A stretch of 64,000 nucleotides of DNA from Eledone cirrhosa (Eukaryota). The DNA lies in contig OZ024755.1 of assembly GCA_964016885.1 (NCBI GenBank), positions 11,346,001-11,410,000 on the forward strand, given 5' to 3'. The notes beneath the pieces were generated by a model. The model made no database searches. It was not told the DNA's origin and saw only the letters and a list, made by a program, of their open reading frames with translations. The stretch's first letter is position 1; every line of letters starts with the position of its first letter. The position numbers and the translations under genes are program-made. Positions 1-13,631 of the stretch are shown here, in pieces.

Positions 1-14
1 GCATTATAGTAAAG

Positions 15-166
15 TGGCTGGTGTTAGGAAGCGCATCAAGTCGTAAAAATCATGTCACAATAGAGAACGCTAGAGTAAGACGTATTTCTCCGTGTAGCCG
101 GGTCTCGTAACAAGATGACCCTTTCAACATATGTCAGTGTGGGAAATGGACGTATGATGATGATGA
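15..166 (+). mobile_element. 3' part of an RTE-related SINE/LINE ending in a (TGA)n tail
   Basis: Contains GGTGTTAGGAAGCGCATC..GTCGTAAAAA, resembling the GGAAGGGCATCC..GTAAAA motif of RTE-type elements, and ends GGACGTATGATGATGATG. Recognised by eye. Confidence 0.5.
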
Positions 167-686
167 CAATGATGGAGATGGTTATGATGGAGATGGTTAT
201 GATGGAGATGGTTATGATGGAGATGGTTATGATGGAGATGGTTATGATGGAGACGGTCATGATGGAGATGGTTATGATGGAGATGGTTATGATGGAGATG
301 GTTATGATGGAGACGGTTAAGACGGAGATAGTTAAGACGGAGATGGTTAGGACGGAGATGGTTAGGACGGAGATGGTTACGACGGAGATGGTTAGGACGG
401 AGATTGTTAGGACGGAGATGGTTAAGACGGAGATGGTTACGACGGAGGTGGTTAGGACGGAGATTGTTAAGACGGAGATGGTTAGGACGGAGATGGTTAG
501 GACGGAGATGGTTAAGACGGAGATGTTTACGACGGAGATGGAAACGACAGAGATGGTTACGACGGAGATGATTAAGACGGAGATGGTTATGACAGAGATG
601 ATTAAGACTGAGATGGTTACGACGGAGATGATTAAGACGGAGATGGTTAGGACGACGACGCCGATGACAGTGACGGTGATGATGAT
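167..686. repeat. 15-bp minisatellite (GATGGAGATGGTTAT grading into GACGGAGATGGTTAG)
   Basis: Period-15 repeat of over 30 units; explains ORFs 36..782, 115..690 and 124..705. Confidence 0.95.
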
Positions 687-788
687 ATAATAGCAGCGGG
701 AGCACTGTACATTAACATTTGTTAGGTTAGTTACGAGTGTTGTGTTTAAAACAACTTGTATTTCAACGGCAACAGGAACCATAGGTTT

Positions 789-3128
789 ATCCCTTGTTAC
801 ATCACAAGGTCTTACATTAGGGGCCAGATTGTGGAAACATGTCCCTTGTTACATCACAAGGTCTTACATTAGGGGCCAGATGGTGGAAACATGTCCCTTG
901 TTACATCACAAAGTCTTACATTAGGGGCCAGATGGTGGAAACATGTCCCTTGTTACATCACACAGTCTTACATTAGGGGCCAGATGGTGGAAACATGTCC
1001 CTTGTTACATCACAAGGTCTTACATTAGGGGCCAGATGGTGGAAACATGTCCCTTGTTACATCACACAGTCTTACATTAGGGGCCAGATGGTGGAAACAT
1101 GTCCCTTGTTACATCACAAGGTCTTACATTAGGGGCCAGATGGTGGAAACATGTCCCTTGTTACATCACACAGTCTTACATTAGGGGCCAGATGGTGGAA
1201 ACATGTCCCTTGTTACATCACAAGGTCTTACATTAGGGGCCAGATGGTGGAAACATGTCCCTTGTTACATCACACAGTCTTACATTAGGGGCCAGATGGT
1301 GGAAACATGTCCCTTGTTACATCACAAGGTCTTACATTAGGGGCCAGATGGTGGAAACATGTCCCTTGTTACATCACACAGTCTTACATTAGGGGCCAGA
1401 TGGTGGAAACATATCCCTTGTTACATCACAAGGTCTTACATTAGGGGCCAGATGGTGGAAACATGTCCCTTGTTACATCACAAGGTCTTACATTAGGGGC
1501 CAGATGGTGGAAACATGTCCCTTGTTACATCACAAGGTCTTACATTAGGGGCCAGATGGTGGAAACATGTCCCTTGTTACATCACAAGGTCTTACATTAG
1601 GGGCCAGATGGTGGAAACATGTCCCTTGTTACATCACAAGGTCTTACATTAGGGGCCAGATGGTGGAAACATGTCCCTTGTTACATCACACAGTCTTACA
1701 TTAGGGGCCAGATGGTGGAAACATGTCCCTTGTTACATCACAAGGTCTTACATTAGGGGCCAGATGGTGGAAACATGTCCCTTGTTACATCACACAGTCT
1801 TACATTAGGGGCCAGATGGTGGAAACATGTCCCTTGTTACATCACAAGGTCTTACATTAGGGGCCAGATGGTGGAAACATGTCCCTTGTTACATCACACA
1901 GTCTTACATTAGGGGCCAGATGGTGGAAACATATCCCTTGTTACATCACAAGGTCTTACATTAGGGGCCAGATGGTGGAAACATGTCCCTTGTTACATCA
2001 CAAGGTCTTACATTAGGGGCCAGATGGTGGAAACATGTCCCTTGTTACATCACAAGGTCTTACATTAGGGGCCAGATGGTGGAAACATGTCCCTTGTTAC
2101 ATCACAAGGTCTTACATTAGGGGCCAGATGGTGGAAACATGTCCCTTGTTACATCACAAGGTCTTACATTAGGGGCCAGATGGTGGAAACATGTCCCTTG
2201 TTACATCACAAGGTCTTACATTAGGGGCCAGATGGTGGAAACATGTCCCTTGTTACATCACAAGGTCTTACATTAGGGGCCAGATGGTGGAAACATGTCC
2301 CTTGTTACATCACAAGGTCTTACATTAGGGGCCAGATGGTGGAAACATGTCCCTTGTTACATCACAAGGTCTTACATTAGGGGCCAGATGGTGGAAACAT
2401 GTCCCTTGTTACATCACAAGGTCTTACATTAGGGGCCAGATGGTGGAAACATGTCCCTTGTTACATCACACAGTCTTACATTAGGGGCCAGATGGTGGAA
2501 ACATGTCCCTTGTTACATCACAAGGTCTTACATTAGGGGCCAGATGGTGGAAACATGTCCCTTGTTACATCACAAGGTCTTACATTAGGGGCCAGATGGT
2601 GGAAACATGTCCCTTGTTACATCACAAGGTCTTACATTAGGGGCCAGATGGTGGAAACATGTCCCTTGTTACATCACAAGGTCTTACATTAGGGGGCCAG
2701 GTGGTGGAAACATGTCCCTTGTTACATCACAAGGTCTTACATTAGGGGCCAGATGGTGGAAACATGTCCCTTGTTACATCACAAGGTCTTACATTAGGGG
2801 CCAGATGGTGGAAACATGTCCCTTGTTACATCACAGTCTTACATTAGGGGCCAGATGGTGGAAACATGTCCCTTGTTACATCACACAGTCTTACATTAGG
2901 GGCCAGATGGTGGAAACATGTCCCTTGTTACATCACAAGGTCTTACATTAGGGGCCAGATGGTGGAAACATGTCCCTTGTTACATCACAAGGTCTTACAT
3001 TAGGGGCCAGATGGTGGAAACATGTCCCTTGTTACATCACACAGTCTTACATTAGGGGCCAGATGGTGGAAACATGTCCCCTGTTACATCACAAGGCCTT
3101 ACATTAGGGGCCAGATTGTGGAAACATT
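789..3128. repeat. 52-bp tandem array, about 45 copies (ATGTCCCTTGTTACATCACAAGGTCTTACATTAGGGGCCAGATGGTGGAAAC)
   Basis: GTCCC recurs at 841, 893, 945 and onward (period 52); two main unit variants CACAAGG and CACACAG; no spacers. Confidence 0.97.
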
Positions 3129-3214
3129 GTATGTATTGGTATAATCCAGAAACATGAATATATATATAAAACACATGGATAGTAACGCATACACACACGT
3201 GTATATCTGTATAT

Positions 3215-3265
3215 TACACACACACATATACATATATACACACACACACACACACATATATATAT

Positions 3266-3296
<31 letters not shown>

Positions 3297-3319
3297 CGCA
3301 CACACATATATATATATAT

Positions 3320-3362
<43 letters not shown>

Positions 3363-3655
3363 TATATATATATACACACACATATATATATATATATACA
3401 CACATATATATATATACACACACACATATATATATACACACACACACATATATACACACACACACACATACACACACACATATATATATATACACATACA
3501 CACACATTTATATATACACACACACACCCATATATATATATACACACACACACACACATTATATATATATATACACACACACATTATATATATACACACA
3601 CACATATATATACACACACACACACATATATATACACACACACACACATATATAT

Positions 3656-3690
<35 letters not shown>

Positions 3691-4210
3691 CACACACATT
3701 ATATATATATACACACACAAACATATTCGAAGACTGACCTTTTCTGTAAAGTTTTCAAATACATCACCACACCACCACACTATCACCACACTATACTATC
3801 ACCACACCACCACCACACTATCACCACACCACCACCACCACACTATACTATCACCACAGACACCACTCCCATATCACCACACCACCACGCGACAACCACC
3901 ACCACACACACCACTCCATCACCACCACCACACTATCACCACACCACCACCACCACACTATACTATCACCACACCACCACCACCATACTATACTATCACC
4001 ACACCACCACCACCATACTATACTATCACCACACCACCACCATTCTCCATATTATCCAGACACCACCACCACCACATGATCTCTCTCTCTCTCTTCCTCT
4101 CTCTCTCTCTCTCTCTCCCTCACTCATAAAAACACACGTCCTCTCACACAGAGACACAAGCTCTCTCTCTCTCTCAAACACACACATGCTCTCTCTCCCT
4201 CTTTCTCTTT
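3215..4210. repeat. Compound (CA)n/(TA)n, (CAC)n-rich and (CT)n low-complexity block
   Basis: Seen directly in the sequence. Confidence 0.9.
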
Positions 4211-4379
4211 CTATCTATCTGTCTTTCCCCCCCCCCCCCCCTGTCTCCTACATTGGTAACAGCGATAGGGTAGCACTGATGATTTGCCAGTGGGGGTGCG
4301 GGGGGAGGGGGGAACCTTAAAGAGGTATTTCCTGTATCTAAAAAGAGAACCGAAAATAAAATAGAGCAACAACAAGCTC

Positions 4380-4413
<34 letters not shown>

Positions 4414-4455
4414 ATGATTTCTTTATCGTATAACACACACACACACATAAGATAT

Positions 4456-4509
<54 letters not shown>

Positions 4510-4754
4510 TACATATATAATATACAATATATACACACACACATATATATATATATATAACAAATAAACATATATAATATACAATATATACACTCACACA
4601 CACACATATATATATATATAAAATATACATATATAATATACAATATATACACACACATATATATATATATAAAAAATATACATATATAATATACAATATA
4701 TACACACACATATATATATATATAAAAAATATACATATATAATATACAATATAT

Positions 4755-4844
<90 letters not shown>

Positions 4845-4870
4845 GAGTACATATATATATAATGATATAT
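4380..4870. repeat. (GTA)n, a repeated AAAATATACATATATAATATACAATATATAC(AC)n(AT)n compound unit, and (TA)n
   Basis: About five copies of the compound unit between 4500 and 4770. Confidence 0.85.
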
Positions 4871-5735
4871 ATGTATATAATAATAACAATAGTGATAATA
4901 AAACATCTTAATAGCTGATACATGCTGAGAAATGTACCAATATGATAGCCCCATTAAAAAGTTACTCACTGTCTTTATACCCCGTGGGTAGGGAATAGAA
5001 TGATGTGGGGTAGTGTTGGTGATGGTACTGATGTTAGCATATTCCCCTCTCATCTATATACGTTGATTTTCCAGTGTGTATATATATATAATGTGTTTAT
5101 ACGTATATATATATATATGTGTATTTATATATATATGTGTATATATGTGTATATAATATAGATATTTGTTTCTACTTTAGGCACAAGGCCAGCATTGTAC
5201 ATATGTATGTATATGTATATGTGTATATACATGGGTGCATGTGTATGTATATGCGCGGGGACATAGAAATCGTCGGGCTGGACATCCGATCGAGTGGTTA
5301 AACAACTGTATGTACGATCATATGTATGTATCTACGTATGTATGTGTGTGTGTGTACGGATGTATGTATGTATGTATCTACGTATGTATGTGTGTGTGTG
5401 TGTGTACGGATGTATGTGTGGGTGTACGGATGTATGTATTGCATGCATACCTGTGTTAGAATGTGTGCATGTATGAGGATATTTGCGTATATGTGTGCGT
5501 AGAAGGTGAATAATTTGTAAGGATTAGCGTATGTACAAGTACAGTATCATCATATATGTGAGTGTACATAAATGTGTGTATGTTTACATGTATATATTTG
5601 TGTTTGAATGTGTAGATATGCACCCATGTGTGTGCTTGTGTATAATATATATTGTTTATAAGAATATTTGCGTATAAAATGTATTGCATCGTTAATTCAA
5701 AAGACCAGTATCTCCATAAGATATACATTAGAGCA

Positions 5736-5885
5736 GTGATTCTCAACGTGGTCCAGGTGGACCACCGGTGGTCTACATAGCATTTCTAGTGGCCCACAGA
5801 GAATTCGTAGCCATAAAAAAATTGTAGCCATTTCACAAAAATGTAACTAATATAATATTTTGTTTAATTACACACATGTCCACGA
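5736..5885 (+). mobile_element. hAT (Charlie-like) DNA transposon terminal fragment
   Basis: Begins CAGTGATTCTCAAC, typical of Charlie-type TIRs, followed by GGTCCA/TGGACC subterminal motifs; no matching opposite end found. Confidence 0.45.
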
Positions 5886-6018
5886 ATGTGGCTCTGTAAA
5901 CCAACCAAAGACTTGCACCCTTTGGATTTTTGCCTTTTTTGGCTACGGCGATGCCTGTGCTTGAAATTTTTTTAAAGTGAAGAAAAGCCTTGCACAGAAC
6001 TATTCCCACTCTCTAAAC

Positions 6019-6062
<44 letters not shown>

Positions 6063-6655
6063 GCATACAAAACATATCATTTTCAAATTTACACTGTATA
6101 TATTTTTTTATGTAAACACCATTTCCATAACAATTACCATCAAATGCTAAGCTACCCACCACCAAACACTCTATTAAATGGCGCAATGAACTTCCAAATG
6201 TTGTAAGACCGCCATTATTACCACAACCTTCATCACCCACAACCACCACACACACTTTACCACCACTACAACTATTACTGACACAACTATCACTAAAACA
6301 AGAGATCAACTACATCATACTTTTTGCCTTTATTTTTACTTATGTCTTAAATTTTTTTTTTTTTTTTGATAGTTTCATTTTTATTTTACATTTTTTCTTC
6401 ATTTTTGTTTTTCTCTTGTTCACTTCCTCCGATCACGCTATGCAGCCTATATGCCGGTTTAAAAATAATTCTAGCGTGGAGTAAAATAAACAAAAACGTA
6501 AAATCTGTAATAAGATAATCATATGTAATAACAGCAACAACAGCAAGAACTACAATAACAACGAAACTGAAAGCAACATAGAAACCAACATAAGCAGTTA
6601 TATACTTACACATAAACACACACACATATATATATACAGAGAGACATACGTACAT

Positions 6656-6693
<38 letters not shown>

Positions 6694-6716
6694 GACGTAC
6701 ATTATATATTGCAGCA

Positions 6717-6848
6717 CAGTTACGTCCCTTTACGGACTGAGTTCAAATCCCGCCGAGGTTAACTTTGCCTTTCATCCTTACGGGGTCGGTAAAATAAAGT
6801 ACCAGTAATACACTGGGATAATTGCTGGCCTTGTACCAAAGTAGAAAC

Positions 6849-6853
<5 letters not shown>
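6717..6853 (+). mobile_element. tRNA-derived SINE family A (short form), 5'-truncated
   Basis: B-box GAGTTCAAATCC, core GCCTTTCATCCTTACGGGGTCGRTAAAATAAAGTACCAG (resembles the Meta-domain/Sauria-type SINE core), tail GTAGAAACAATTAT. Confidence 0.85.
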
Positions 6854-6885
<32 letters not shown>

Positions 6886-6900
6886 CAGACAGACGTACAT

Positions 6901-6936
<36 letters not shown>

Positions 6937-7270
6937 AAGAGAGGGAGAGAAAGAGAGGGAGAGTGAGAGACGCTTATATACACAAACGGGCAAAATATAT
7001 AGATACACATATATATAAAAGGAAAACCTTGATAAAATGATAATAGTAATCAGGGGAAATATAAAACAAAACAAGATCTGAAAGAACAACAACAAAACAA
7101 CATTAAAAAGCTAACACAACAAAACCTATAGCCATATATAACAGGAATAACAACAACCAGGCCGCTTAGAAACAACTGTATTAGCATGAAAACAACCTTA
7201 ATAGCAACATAACGATAGCATCAACAGCAACATTACTATTGCATGACAGTAACGACACTGATGACATAAT

Positions 7271-7715
7271 TACGAAGGTGGACTGAAAAATTCATAAACT
7301 GACTATGAAGGATTGATGCTAAAGCTGTAAAATCTTGCTTGCATTAATTTCAATTCTTCTTTGTCATAACTACATTGTTTTATTTCGAGGACTGATGTTG
7401 AAAAATAAACCTCATTTGGTCATTCTACGAAAATATCTTGGTCAGCCTATGAACTTTTCATAAGCTGACTATGGAGGAGTGATGCTAGAGCTGGGAAATC
7501 TTGCATACATTAATTTCAACTCTTCTTATTAATTACTGCATTGTTTCTTTCCGGGAACTATGATGTTGAAAAATAAACCTCAATTGGTCATTCCATAAGA
7601 GTATCATGGTTAACTTTACGAACTTTTCACTAAGCTGACTAAAAAGGAGTAATGCTAGAGCTGTGAAATCTTGCATATATTAATTTGCCTATACACTTTT
7701 CAGCCGACCATCGTA
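7271..7715. mobile_element. Non-autonomous mariner/Tc1-type element with internal ~170-bp tandem repeats
   Basis: Left end TACGAAGGTGGACTGAAAAATTCATA; right end reverse-complements to TACGATGGTCGGCTGAAAAGTGTATA; TA at both ends; about 2.4 internal copies of GCTGACTATG..GAACTTTTCA. Confidence 0.75.
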
Positions 7716-8540
7716 TAAGACCCATTACAAGCAGTAACATCGACGACGGTACAATACCTGCAACAGCATGTAGATTATATCGACTCCAGTAACAGACGAG
7801 TACTTTATTTATCGATCCACAAAAGAATAAAAAGGAAAATTAACCTCCCCCGGAATTTGAACTCAAGCCGTAAGGGGTCAGTATAAATATCGCATCATGC
7901 GTTCGATTCTCTAACTAGTCTATTACCCCTCGCTCTAACCAGCAATAACGGTGTCTAATTTAGGAACAAGACCAGATATTGTCGGTTAAAATATAAGTTG
8001 ATTACATCGATCCCAGTACAAAGCTGGTATTATTTTATCAAATTGGAGGAAAAGTAAAATTGGCCTCTGCGAGATTCGAACTGGTTACATAAAGAACTGG
8101 AATACACACAGCAAAATATCCGGAAAGGTTAACTGCGACATATTTAAATCAAAACTAGCTACAACAGCAATAACAACAAGGATACTGAACGGCAGCAAGA
8201 AGTGTCAACTTACGCCATTTTACGAATTAAAAATAAACACTGTTGCCAATGTCATTGCTCCTTGCATTAATGATTGCAAGTCTTCCAAAATGACTGACGC
8301 TTTTTCATAATTATATAACTCGGTTAGGGAACCAACTTCGCTTTAACTATATATCTTTTTTCCTTTCGTGTTGTGCATGTGTGTGTGTGTGTGCATGTGT
8401 GTTTGTGCGTGTGCGTGTGCGTGTGTGTGTGTGCGTGTGTGTGTGTGATAATTGCTGGATATACAAGTACACAGACCAGACACACATGCAAATATATATA
8501 TATATATGTTTGGGGGATGGGGTCTCGCTCTCTCTATATA

Positions 8541-8576
<36 letters not shown>

Positions 8577-9063
8577 CGAGTGAGAGAGAGAGACAGAGAG
8601 AGAGTAATGATACCAAAACTGCAAAGATGAAGTTATATAATACTATTGTTTACATTTGTTCCAGCAAATAAACGCGCCTTTGAATCTACCATATATTAAG
8701 GTTCGACCAATATTTACTTCGTCGGAGAAATTAACGAAATGATTTTCATTTTGTAAAAGAGGTCGTTAACTTCTTATAGCCACGCTGTCTTCAAGTTTTC
8801 CAAGAAATGGCGAACTGAATAGAACAGTTTTGTTTCTTTTTGTCGTTTCTGCCACTGCTCAATTTCCTCTCTCTCTCTCTTTCAGAGAGAGAGAGAGAAG
8901 AGAGAGAAAGAAGAGAGAAGAGAGAGGAGAGAGATAGAGAAGAGGGAGAAGAGAGAGAGAGAGAGAGAAAGAAAGAAAGAGAGAAAGAAAGAAAGAGAGA
9001 GAGAAAGAGAGAAAGAAAGAAAGAGAGAGAGAACGGTAAAATATAATAATCATATATTAATTT

Positions 9064-9156
9064 AATTGTTTCTACTTTTGGCACAAGGCCAGCACATACC
9101 CAGTGCATTACTGGTACTTTATTTTATCGACCCCGTAAGGATGAAAGGCAAAGTTA
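9064..9156 (-). mobile_element. SINE family A, 5'-truncated, with 20-bp TSD
   Basis: TAATCATATATTAATTTAAT at 9047-9066 and 9155-9174. Confidence 0.88.
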
Positions 9157-9218
9157 ATCATATATTAATTTAATGTTTAATAGATATGTAAAAGTGTTTT
9201 AACGTTTCTGACGATCTA

Positions 9219-9625
9219 ACCACCATCGCCGTCATCACCACCACCGACCCCACCATCGCCGTCATCACCACCGACCCCACCATCGCCGTCATCACCACCA
9301 CCGACCCCACCATCGCCGTCATCACCACCACCGACCCCACCATCGCCGTCATCACCACCGACCCCACCATCGCCGTCATCACCACCACCGACACCACCAT
9401 CGCCGTCATCACCACCGACCCCACCATCGCCGTCATCACCACCGACTCCACCATCGCCGTCATCACCACCGACCCCACCATCGTCGTCATCACCACCGAC
9501 CCCACCATCGCCGTCATCACCACCGACCCCACCATCGCCGTCATCACCACCGACCCCACCATCGTCGTCATCACCACCGACCCCACCATCGCCGTCATCA
9601 CCACCGACCCCACCATCGTCGTCAT
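9219..9625. repeat. 27/30-bp minisatellite (CACCATCGCCGTCATCACCACCGACCC)
   Basis: About 14 units; explains ORF 9170..9625. Confidence 0.95.
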
Positions 9626-12600
9626 GACTATAACGTTCTTATATTACTTCAATGATTGCTCCGTGAAACCTTTCCAATTTATTTCGAAACGTAAATATTT
9701 TGCTAGGGAAATAGCTTGGAGAGGGGTTCGTGGTGAGAGAGAATGGAGGGGGTGCTGGTTCAACACCAACCCACCACATACACCAGCCCGCCATCATCCA
9801 CCACAAACACCAGTCCACCACCGCCATCACTCCACCACCCACCAACTCTGGGTGGATTCCGTTATTAAAATAAATGGATGTCCCCATGGTTCCAAAAAGC
9901 AGGGTGTGACTGACGTGTGTGTGTATTGAGGGGCTGGGTGGTGTGTGTGAGCAGGTTTTACTATTTTGGGAGAGGAAAAAGACGCATTCCATAGGTGATG
10001 GTGTTGTAATGTCATGTGGTGTGGTTTATTATTGGCAGTGTAGTTTCACTGAGGAAGGTGGCGAAAATCAACCAGAGAACTTATGACTATTAATGATGTT
10101 GGTGGTGGTTGTTAACACACCAATAAATTAAACCTTTCGCAATCAGGGTTTTAGTTATCATTCTTTTCAAATAATTTTGAAAATGATCAATGTCACTAAC
10201 ACTTTTACGTTGAGGTGTTCCTTCATAAACTTTATCCCAGATTTTCTAGTATGCGCTGTTTTGTGAGTGCATATATATCTATATATAGCTTCGAGAGAAA
10301 TTGAAAAAAGGACAAAAGAAAGGAACGAAAAAAGAGGGAAGAAGATATTTGATGGAAGTAGACAATATAGAATTGATGGTTTTAGCGATGTGAGATGTCA
10401 GGTTGCGCCTCTCTTGAATTGAGTGAGTGCATTTGAAAAAGTTCCTTTTCAAGTATAAACAAAACCTTGACCAGAGTGCAAATAAAAATATGTTGTTTTC
10501 CCAGTTTACACCTACCTAGGTTTTGATGTAGAACTAGATAAGATGATGTGTGGCAAGTTGAAGTGCGTGTTTCTGAAGAGAAGGGACATTAAGGTACACT
10601 AAGAAATATATATAGAAACCCCTTCCTTAGCAAATACATATATCTGCATAGTTTAATCGTAAATCTGATTTCTATAATACCCCAAACATTACACTTATCA
10701 ACTCGACTAAGATCAGTAAACATTTATCGACAGAACTGTTCCTGAGCTCAAGGAGTTATCACAATGGATGCTTTCGAATAACATACATAGTGTCATAAAA
10801 TGGTTCTAAGCCATTCTGAACAGACCATATACTTGTATGGAGAGAAGATTATATACAGCAAATAATCAAGTATACACGTCAACCACAGAATTGGAAATAG
10901 AATTATGTCAAGAAATATTAACTGGTTCAAACCTCCATTTACCCCAGCAGTCATTACTTCCACGGTTAAAGCTTCCTTCAATTTAATCCAGAAATATTTC
11001 ACATCACCGCATAATTATTGATTTTGAATTTAGGCAGAAGGACAGCAAATTTGGAATAAGGGCAAAATTAATTGAAGTACCCAGTACCGTCACCACATAC
11101 ATATTGATTTCTCTTTAGTTGCAAAGCTAACACATTTAGAGTACGGGCAAAGTTGATTAAATCAGTTCCAGTGCTTGATTAAATAACTCATCAATAGAAA
11201 CACTATTAAATATTCATTCTCTTACACAAAACTGTACCCAAACTCTCGATTCCTACACTTTCCTGAACTGAAACTACCCAACAAGTGAATTTTATTACCT
11301 CGAATACATATCAAGGTTCTTACAAATAAATACACCCATGGTGATATATACGCTGTATTTACTATGATACACGAGGAAATGTGTATAGATATATGTTGTC
11401 CATCAATGTTCTGTACAAGCTAATCAATCATCTGAAACGTATCTAAGCTTTACTTCCAATCATTTTAATTTACGATATTATCAGCACTATATAAAGCCAT
11501 AAGCTCCGTAACTGCCATCTTACTTTCTCACAAAAGGGGAACGCTAAATACAGTACCTATATGTACACACTACACATAATCGACGAACCATTTAGAAGAT
11601 AAGAACAAGCAAACGGTTCAACATCAAACTAATGTACAGATACATAAAACAAAAAAGTACCCCCTCCATTATCTACTTGGAGAACACACACATACGCAAA
11701 GACAGAAGCATCCACAAGTGTATAGGAATGACAATAGCTTTCACGAGCTAACAACTACCATACACAAACAGACAATCTCCCACAAAGAACCACCCCTGGG
11801 GCCGTTTAAACAACCATCCCACAGCTCCTTTACCTGCTTGCTCTAGGTTTAGCACAAGCGTGACTCTGTCATTATATTTCAGAAAGAAACATACTTATAT
11901 ACACTCAGATTGTATAGTTTATATAATATCCACTCAATCATACGTGTAAAAGTGCTTGTACAGAACAGAGCACACAGACACACAAATATACACACTCACC
12001 ATTTTTAACATATACATCAATACATACATACATATATATATATACATACACCTACAAGCAATATGAAATATAGATACGATATAGTCAAACATACTGATAT
12101 GCATACACAATGCGTAAACACACACTCATATATGTACACATTATATATATATATATATATAAAACGAGAGGATAGGGTTTGTGCATATAAATACATGCAG
12201 ATATATAAGCTGCCTTTACAACTATGCACACAGAAGAAATATGTTTATGCAAATGAAGTATGAGCACATATACACATAAGAACACAATCAAACACTGTAT
12301 ATACACAAATGCATTAACAGAGACATGCACTCACAAATACAAATATGTACGTAGATATTATACACAAAGAAATATATAGACATAATGTGAATACACATGT
12401 ACAAACCAATACAAAGTGTGTAATCAGAACCACCACAAAGTGTGTAATCAGAACCACCACAAATATTCTCTAATTTAGGCTAGAAGTAAACAATTGTTGA
12501 GGGAAGTGGAAAATCAATTAAATCACTCCCTTGCATATAATTGATACTTCACTACTTCATTTTACTGACACCCAGTAATGTGAAATACAGAGGTGATCTC

Positions 12601-12795
12601 AGTGGGATTTAAATCAGAAAGTAAAGAACTAGAATAGACGTTGCAAATATTTTGGCCATCGCTTTAATTATTCTGCCGACGAGTAATGCTAAGGTTTACC
12701 CAATATAAACAGACAAGTATGGTGATGGAACCCATAGCAATGCTGACATTAAAAGGATGCTTTAATCAACTGCCTAACCAGTCTCGTTCACAGAA

Positions 12796-13495
12796 ATAAT
12801 TGTTTCTACTTTGGGCACAAAGCCAGTAATTATCCAGTGCATTACTGGTACTTTATTTTGTCGATCCCGTAAAGATGAAAGGCAAAGTTAACCTCGGCGA
12901 GATTTTAACTCAGAATGGAAAGGGCCGTAACTCTATGCGTAACTCTACTGCCAATCCACCGCAATGATTTCTAACATTGACTCACGACTAGCAATTTGTG
13001 GGAAGAAGGAGAGAGTCGATTATACCAATCCCAGTATTTGACTGGTACTTTATTTCCACCACACGATCCTTTCAGAAAGACGATATACAATGTTGACCTC
13101 AGTTGGATTTGAATTCACAACGTAAAAAGCCGGAACAAATTCCGTTAAATTTTGTGTCCGCCGCTTTGACAATTCTGTTAACCAATTTCCTAAAGAAAAC
13201 TGACCAGTTGTGTGATTGAACCCACGACATTGACTAGATAAGCATGATGCTCTAATCAACTGAAGTAACTGGCCTTATCTACAGAAGTAATGGTTTCTGA
13301 TTTAGGTACAAGGCCAAGAATTTTAGGGGTGAGGAAATACGATTAAATCGATTCCAGTGAGTTACTGGTACTTTATTTCATCGACCTCGGAAGGACGAAA
13401 TGTAAAGCTAACCTCGGCGGGATTTGAACTCAGAACATAAAGGGCCATAACTCAATGCCACAAAGCATGTTGTCTGACGCTCTACCGATACCGCC
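12796..13495 (-). mobile_element. Cluster of three family A SINE copies (12796-12962 short form, about 12964-13190 diverged, 13287-13495 long form)
   Basis: Each shows the reverse complement of the core (CTGGTACTTTATTT..TCGA..GATTTGAACTCAG). Confidence 0.8.
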
Positions 13496-13565
13496 CTTCT
13501 AGTCTAGAGAAATAATAACACCTGTCAAATCATTAGTGCTCTTAATAAGAACAAGGTCCACTTAC

Positions 13566-13631
13566 CACCAAAATTACAACACAAACACTTACAGCCAGCC
13601 CCAACAATATCACCACCGCGTCTGTCGCCAT
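13566..13631 (-). CDS. Candidate first coding segment of an unidentified membrane-anchored or secreted protein (MATDAVVILLGLAVSVCVVILV), within exon 13566-13756
   Basis: Minus strand: long polypyrimidine tract plus TACAG acceptor (AG at 13758-13757); in-frame TAA 33 nt before ATG; gttATGG context; 22 codons, mostly hydrophobic; GTG|GTAAGT donor at 13565 (phase 0). No downstream exon identified. Confidence 0.55.

Noticed and set aside
36-782. Long ORFs over the 15-bp minisatellite
   Set aside because: Open on both strands because the period is a multiple of 3; no domain or splice support.
839-900. GAAACATGTC in each 52-bp unit as a satellite hammerhead
   Set aside because: Matches a minimal helix III plus GUC, but upstream is CAGATGG rather than CTGANGA, there is no stem II, and stem I is out of register.
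817-3110. TTAGGG in each unit as telomeric sequence
   Set aside because: One hexamer per 52 bp, never tandem.
789-3128. 52-bp array as a CRISPR array
   Set aside because: Head-to-tail units with no unique spacers, no cas genes, eukaryotic context.
10553-10630. CTGAAGA..GAAATATATATA hammerhead-like motif
   Set aside because: Stem II closing pairs are missing and stem I is only 3 bp; possible relic but not supportable.
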